Source: Strigamia acuminata
Taxonomy: Eukaryota
Direction of reading: 5' to 3'
NCBI GenBank assembly: GCA_949358305.1
Contig: OX442314.1
Span: 31,248,001-31,312,000 of the forward strand
DNA: 64,000 nt
The notes beneath the pieces are model-generated. The model worked only from the letters and a program-made list of their open reading frames with translations. It searched no databases and was not told the origin of the DNA. The translations under genes were made by a program, and so were the position numbers. Positions 59,352-64,000 of this stretch are shown piece after piece. How positions within the stretch are numbered: position 1 is the stretch's first letter; each line of letters starts with the position of its first letter.

Positions 59352-62300
59352 TTACGTTTGGGTAACGTCGCTGTTAGCGACGTCATCCAATCTCATTGGT
59401 TGTTTGGTTACCTTAGGGCTCGAGGAATTGCTCCTGACGTCATAAGGCTGATCCCTGGATCTCGAGGTTATCGAGGGGAGAAGACACATGTTGTTTTTTC
59501 CTCTCGGTTTACGAGTCCGAAGATTATATCTCTTTGTCGGCGAGGGATTTATTGTATTTAAATCGCCGTCTTCATTGTCATCGGAGACCGAGTCAGATGA
59601 GTCTTTTATTTCAGATGTTTTTTGTTTCTTTTCTAAAAACACCTTTTTATTTAATTTTTTAGCAATTTCAAGCTTTTTGAAACTGTCACGAAGTTCAACG
59701 TCGTTATTCACGAGGTCTGACTCCATTTGTGGTTTGGATGAATTATCGACAGGTATTTTCTTTAATTCATCGTCATCTAACGTATTAATTATATTTTCAG
59801 TCTTTTGACCGACTTCTTCGCCTTCTAACCATACTTCCTGATCGAAACTCGGGAAATACGGAGTTAATTCAGACGAATGGACAGCTGGAAATATTTCGTT
59901 ATTTTCTAGCTTTCTCAATTCTACGGATCCTCCCTGTAATACTTTGGTTATTACATATGGTCCTGTTCTTTTATCAGCGATGCCAGCTGCAATGCCGCGG
60001 GCAGCGCTCGACAAAACATGAGAATCTCTCCAAACTAAATCGTTTAATTTAAAATTGGAGAACTTCTCACCTTCTTTTTTAAGATTTACTCGTCTACGCA
60101 AATCTAACACGTGTGACATCATGTGCTGATATGTTTCGGCGATAACGGCTTCTAATTTTTGCACGTATAAATGTGGGTTTTTTGGATCTACGACCAAAAT
60201 TCCTTCAGGTATTCTTGGATCCCAAGGTACTCTGAGTTCGCGAAAAAAGTTAAGAAATGCGGGAGAGAAGTCTCTTCCTCTCGTCACCGTAGTTCTCAAG
60301 CTAAATGCAAATTCACGCAAATATTCGTCCCATTTGGAATGAACCGATGAATAAATTGCAACCAAATATTTGATGTCACGGTTAACCCTTTCAACCGGGT
60401 TAGCTTGTGGGTGATATGTTGAAGTTGGTGTTGGAACCATCTTGAACTTTTCACAAAATTTTTTAAAGACTTGGGCACGAAATTGCGGGCCGTTGTCAGA
60501 AATAATTTTACGAGGGAATCCCATGCTCATGGAAAGGTGATAAATGCAATTTGCTACTTTTCCAGCAGTGGGGTTACACATTGGATATAATTCTGGCCAA
60601 TGAGTTGCCACGTCAAGTATGACTAAAATATGTGTGTTGTTTTTGCGCGTCCGAGGTTTCGGGCCGGTCAAATCAACACTTAGACAGTCAAATGGGCTGT
60701 AAGGACCCATTTGCGCTGCTTCAATTTGTCCTTTCGTTCGAGGCTTGCAAGCTTGACAACGCTCGCAATGTCGAATGAATCTTGTAATGTCCGATTTCAT
60801 GCCTTTCCAGGTATAAATTCGGCGTGCTCGATAAAGAGTCCTTGCAATTCCTGGGTGGCCAGAGAGTGGGTGGCCATGCATTAGCCAAATAATTTTATAC
60901 TTCAATGTCTGAGGTACAAAAACTTTGAGTGCTCTCCCATCCTCCCCCAATTCATCAGACATTGTGGGATGAAATTGCATTAATAAGTCATCTTCAATTA
61001 AGAAGGTGGTTGCGTGTTTTCTATATTGTTTCCTCTGTAGTCGCGTTGTGACGTCAGGCGGAAATTGATTACAATTTAAAAAATTACGCATTAATTGGCA
61101 AACTTTATCTTCTTTCTGGGCCTTGATTATGTCTTCCCTTGTGGGGGGTTCACAATCAAGACGCTCTACAATTTTGGCGACAAATGCTTTTATTAAAACA
61201 TTTGACGAAGGAACTTGGAATTTCCTTGAAATTTGCGCTCTTATGACGTCATCTGATTCCTCAGAGGAGTCATAAATTTTAGTCCAATAGTTGACGAATT
61301 CATGATCTTCCTTTTCCTCCAGTGTGGAGACAGGAAGTTCATGAAATTTTCCCATTTTCCAATTTCGTTGTGGTGATGGACAATAAGATAATAATTCGTC
61401 ATTATCTCCATCATCTTCAGGATTTTCCGGTTTATCAATTGGTGATCTGGATAAAGCATCCGCTAAAACATTTAGTGGACCTTTAATATATTGAATTTCG
61501 AAAGAGTAGCGCATCAGCTCCATTTGCCAACGCGCTAACCTTCCGGCAGGTTCGTCTAACTGCATCAACCATTTTAATGCTTGATGGTCAGTCCTTACTA
61601 TGAATGTTGTAAATTCCAAGTAATGTCGAAATTTACGTAATGCCCAGATTACCGCTAGGCACTCCAATTCTGTGGCGCTGTAATTTATCTCAGCAGGTTG
61701 CAAACTTCTGCTGGCATAAACACAAGGCACTTCGATATTTTGATCATCGATTTCCCTCATTTGCATAAGCGCGGCGCCAAGTCCTTTTCTGCTGGCGTCG
61801 GTATGCACAATAAATGGTTCTGTCAAATCAGGCATGGCCATTGTTTCTGCATTCGTCAAAGCATCTTTTATTTGATCAAAAGCTTCTTGATGAATTTCTG
61901 ACCAAATAAATTCCACATCCTTTTTGAGTAAAGGACGTAGAGGTTCCGTCATGACTGCCAGATTCTTGAGTAATCGGTGAAAAAAGTTCACCATTCCCAA
62001 AAATCTTTGCAACTCTTTCAAATTTGAAGGAGCTGGCATTTCTTTAATGGCGGCGACTTTTTTAGGGTCGACACTAACTCCTTGAACACTTAACTTGTAA
62101 CCAAGAAAAGTTAATTCTTTTCTGCCAAATTTCGATTTTTCTGGATGAACATGAAGATTTGCATTTTCAAGTTTACTCAGAATTTCTTCCAGATGAATCA
62201 TGTGTTCTTCAAAATTTTCTGATATAATAATTATATCATCGAGGTATGCCCATGCGAATTTTCGATAGGCGTCCCCCAAAATTTTCTCTATCAACTTTTG

Positions 62301-63833
62301 AAAAGTTGACGGCGCATTTACGAGACCAAAGGGCATGACTCGAAATTGTAGTCGACCCAAAGGGCTCCAAAACGCAGTTTTAGCACGGTCATTCGGATGA
62401 ACCTCTATTTGCCAATAGCCTTTTGACAAATCTATTGTTGTGACCCATTCAAACCTTCCGAGTTCTCGCAAGATTTCCTCAATGCTGGGCATTTGAGGAG
62501 GGTCGTATAATGTATGTGCATTGAGTGGTCTAAAATCAATGCAGAGTCTCGGATCACAATCCGGACGCATCACTAGAACTATTCGCATTCCATAGTCTCC
62601 AGTGGCTTGTTCAACGTATCCATTATCCAACATGTCTTGACAGATTTGACGGATAATTTCACGTTTTTGTGGATTTACGCTTTTAAACGGAACTCTAATA
62701 GGAACTTTAGTGTCCAGTTTAATTTCATGCCTAACGAGGTGTGTTCTACCTGGTCGGCGAGATAAAATCTTTTCATGTTTCTTTAATACTCTTTCAAGCA
62801 TTAAATTATTTTCCATTGACAAATTAGCGTCGCTAACAAGTCTTTGTACTACATTTTCTTCATCGGCAACTTTAGCTTGACATGCAGTGGCGGAACCAGC
62901 TTTCATGTGATTTACTTTAATAAAGTCGCTATTCATTATTTCTTCAGGTGGATCAAGGAACTCTTGATAACGATCAAGAATCGCTTGAGGAACAAAAGGT
63001 AAATCTTCTTTCAAAGACTTGACAAAATTCCAAGACATGGTCTTAGGATTTGGTTGAATATTGAGTCGATTCATGAAATCACATCCTAATAAAATAATAG
63101 GATATTTATTTCTTAAAATTATGAATGGATGACTTAACATCCCGTGTGTCCACGCAAAAGAAAGTAGGAGAGTTCCTTCAGGGACTACATCTTCTGAAGC
63201 AGTCGTAACTCTCACATCCGGTCCAATTGGTCGAATTTCATCTTCCAGTTTCAGCGAAATTACTACGGAGTAGGCCATGAAGCTTCGATTAGCTCCAGAG
63301 TCTAACATCCCTGTTATCATACCGTTTGCCGTCTGCAATCGAATCGTCGGCAAATCATTGCTGTTTGGTATGTCCGCGTACTTGCACTTAAAACGTCGCG
63401 GTGGCTTAATTTCTATCGGCGGATCCAATGGTAATTCGTCCAATAAATCATTAGTGACTAACGTTGTAGCCATTAATTTTTCAATACATTCATCAAGACC
63501 AGGTAAATCAATTTTATCTGATCCTTCAGTGATTTCAGGTGTTGGCCTAGTTTTTCCATCTAGCAAAGTAACAGCATCTTTCATTTTAGATTCCCAATCA
63601 ACTTTTAATTGTTGAACTTTTTCTTTAAAAAATTCTTCAGTGATGTTTTCATTTTGCAGCACAAGCCTTAAACTGGAAACATCAATTTTTGGAAATATTA
63701 AATTATTTTCTAATTCTAATTTAATCTGAGTATTCAAAAATTCATCTAAAATTTGAGATGGTGTTAGTTCATTTTCCGAGGCGGTAGGCGTCGCATCCAC
63801 TAGACCGTCTGGATGCGCGCTTACAAGTTTTTT
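59352..63833 (-). CDS. pol: Ty3/Gypsy Pol (PR-RT-RH-IN), open
   Basis: LDSGA, MPFGL, YLDD, HTDAS, ELECLAV, HHCC, DLTGP, SDNG, QANPVER, GPY. Confidence 0.96.
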   Translation of the reverse strand, partial: KKLVSAHPDGLVDATPTASENELTPSQILDEFLNTQIKLELENNLIFPKIDVSSLRLVLQNENITEEFFKEKVQQLKVDWESKMKDAVTLLDGKTRPTPEITEGSDKIDLPGLDECIEKLMATTLVTNDLLDELPLDPPIEIKPPRRFKCKYADIPNSNDLPTIRLQTANGMITGMLDSGANRSFMAYSVVISLKLEDEIRPIGPDVRVTTASEDVVPEGTLLLSFAWTHGMLSHPFIILRNKYPIILLGCDFMNRLNIQPNPKTMSWNFVKSLKEDLPFVPQAILDRYQEFLDPPEEIMNSDFIKVNHMKAGSATACQAKVADEENVVQRLVSDANLSMENNLMLERVLKKHEKILSRRPGRTHLVRHEIKLDTKVPIRVPFKSVNPQKREIIRQICQDMLDNGYVEQATGDYGMRIVLVMRPDCDPRLCIDFRPLNAHTLYDPPQMPSIEEILRELGRFEWVTTIDLSKGYWQIEVHPNDRAKTAFWSPLGRLQFRVMPFGLVNAPSTFQKLIEKILGDAYRKFAWAYLDDIIIISENFEEHMIHLEEILSKLENANLHVHPEKSKFGRKELTFLGYKLSVQGVSVDPKKVAAIKEMPAPSNLKELQRFLGMVNFFHRLLKNLAVMTEPLRPLLKKDVEFIWSEIHQEAFDQIKDALTNAETMAMPDLTEPFIVHTDASRKGLGAALMQMREIDDQNIEVPCVYASRSLQPAEINYSATELECLAVIWALRKFRHYLEFTTFIVRTDHQALKWLMQLDEPAGRLARWQMELMRYSFEIQYIKGPLNVLADALSRSPIDKPENPEDDGDNDELLSYCPSPQRNWKMGKFHELPVSTLEEKEDHEFVNYWTKIYDSSEESDDVIRAQISRKFQVPSSNVLIKAFVAKIVERLDCEPPTREDIIKAQKEDKVCQLMRNFLNCNQFPPDVTTRLQRKQYRKHATTFLIEDDLLMQFHPTMSDELGEDGRALKVFVPQTLKYKIIWLMHGHPLSGHPGIARTLYRARRIYTWKGMKSDITRFIRHCERCQACKPRTKGQIEAAQMGPYSPFDCLSVDLTGPKPRTRKNNTHILVILDVATHWPELYPMCNPTAGKVANCIYHLSMSMGFPRKIISDNGPQFRAQVFKKFCEKFKMVPTPTSTYHPQANPVERVNRDIKYLVAIYSSVHSKWDEYLREFAFSLRTTVTRGRDFSPAFLNFFRELRVPWDPRIPEGILVVDPKNPHLYVQKLEAVIAETYQHMMSHVLDLRRRVNLKKEGEKFSNFKLNDLVWRDSHVLSSAARGIAAGIADKRTGPYVITKVLQGGSVELRKLENNEIFPAVHSSELTPYFPSFDQEVWLEGEEVGQKTENIINTLDDDELKKIPVDNSSKPQMESDLVNNDVELRDSFKKLEIAKKLNKKVFLEKKQKTSEIKDSSDSVSDDNEDGDLNTINPSPTKRYNLRTRKPRGKNNMCLLPSITSRSRDQPYDVRSNSSSPKVTKQPMRLDDVANSDVTQT
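63792..63833 (-). promoter_or_regulatory. -1 ribosomal frameshift signal
   Basis: A AAA AAC, 9-nt spacer, stem CGCATCCA/TGGATGCG; pol frame is -1 relative to gag. Confidence 0.85.
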
Positions 63834-64000
63834 AGAAGTTCGCCGATTGATTTCATCGATTTCTCGAACTCTTCTATAATCTTGTCTTTGCTCGATTTTC
63901 TGTCAGGACATTCTTTAGCCCAATGTCCCAATTTTTTACAAATATTACACGGGTCAGTAGCAGGCGATTTCGCGACTTTCGGCGAAGGCGAACTTGAACG
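63821..64000 (-). CDS. gag: Gag C-terminus (partial)
   Basis: CNICKKLGHWAKEC knuckle; TAA at 63821-63823. Confidence 0.9.
   Translation of the reverse strand, partial: RSSSPSPKVAKSPATDPCNICKKLGHWAKECPDRKSSKDKIIEEFEKSMKSIGELLKNL

Overview
Eukaryotic, probably arthropod, transposon-dense DNA (CCTAA/TTAGG-type microsatellite, GT-AG introns, TATA+TCAGT promoter). I can see no clearly intact single-copy host gene. Left to right: (1-4 kb) fragments of a P-like transposase, a RING-H2 gene and a Copia RT split by another LTR element; (4.6-17.6 kb) a decayed Polinton/Maverick with c-integrase, pPolB fragment, BIR and exonuclease-like cargo, plus two arrays of small paralogous genes, one with conserved introns; (18-25 kb) LTR remnants, an IAP pseudogene split by a solo LTR, and a hAT MITE; (28-40.4 kb) a multi-layer nest (Gypsy > Copia deletion derivative + CMC-like TIR element > Tc1/mariner MITE, near-intact Gypsy, Merlin-like MITE); (41-46 kb) a Gypsy RT fragment and palindromic MITEs; (47.4-54 kb) a very young Gag-only LTR element with 1529-bp LTRs; (54-64 kb) the 3' part of a Gypsy element with a -1 frameshift gag/pol junction, an open pol, and a spliced ~828-aa non-env accessory gene between pol and the 3' LTR. 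The accessory gene is my best candidate for undescribed biology. All family calls come from motif recognition by eye; no database searches were run.
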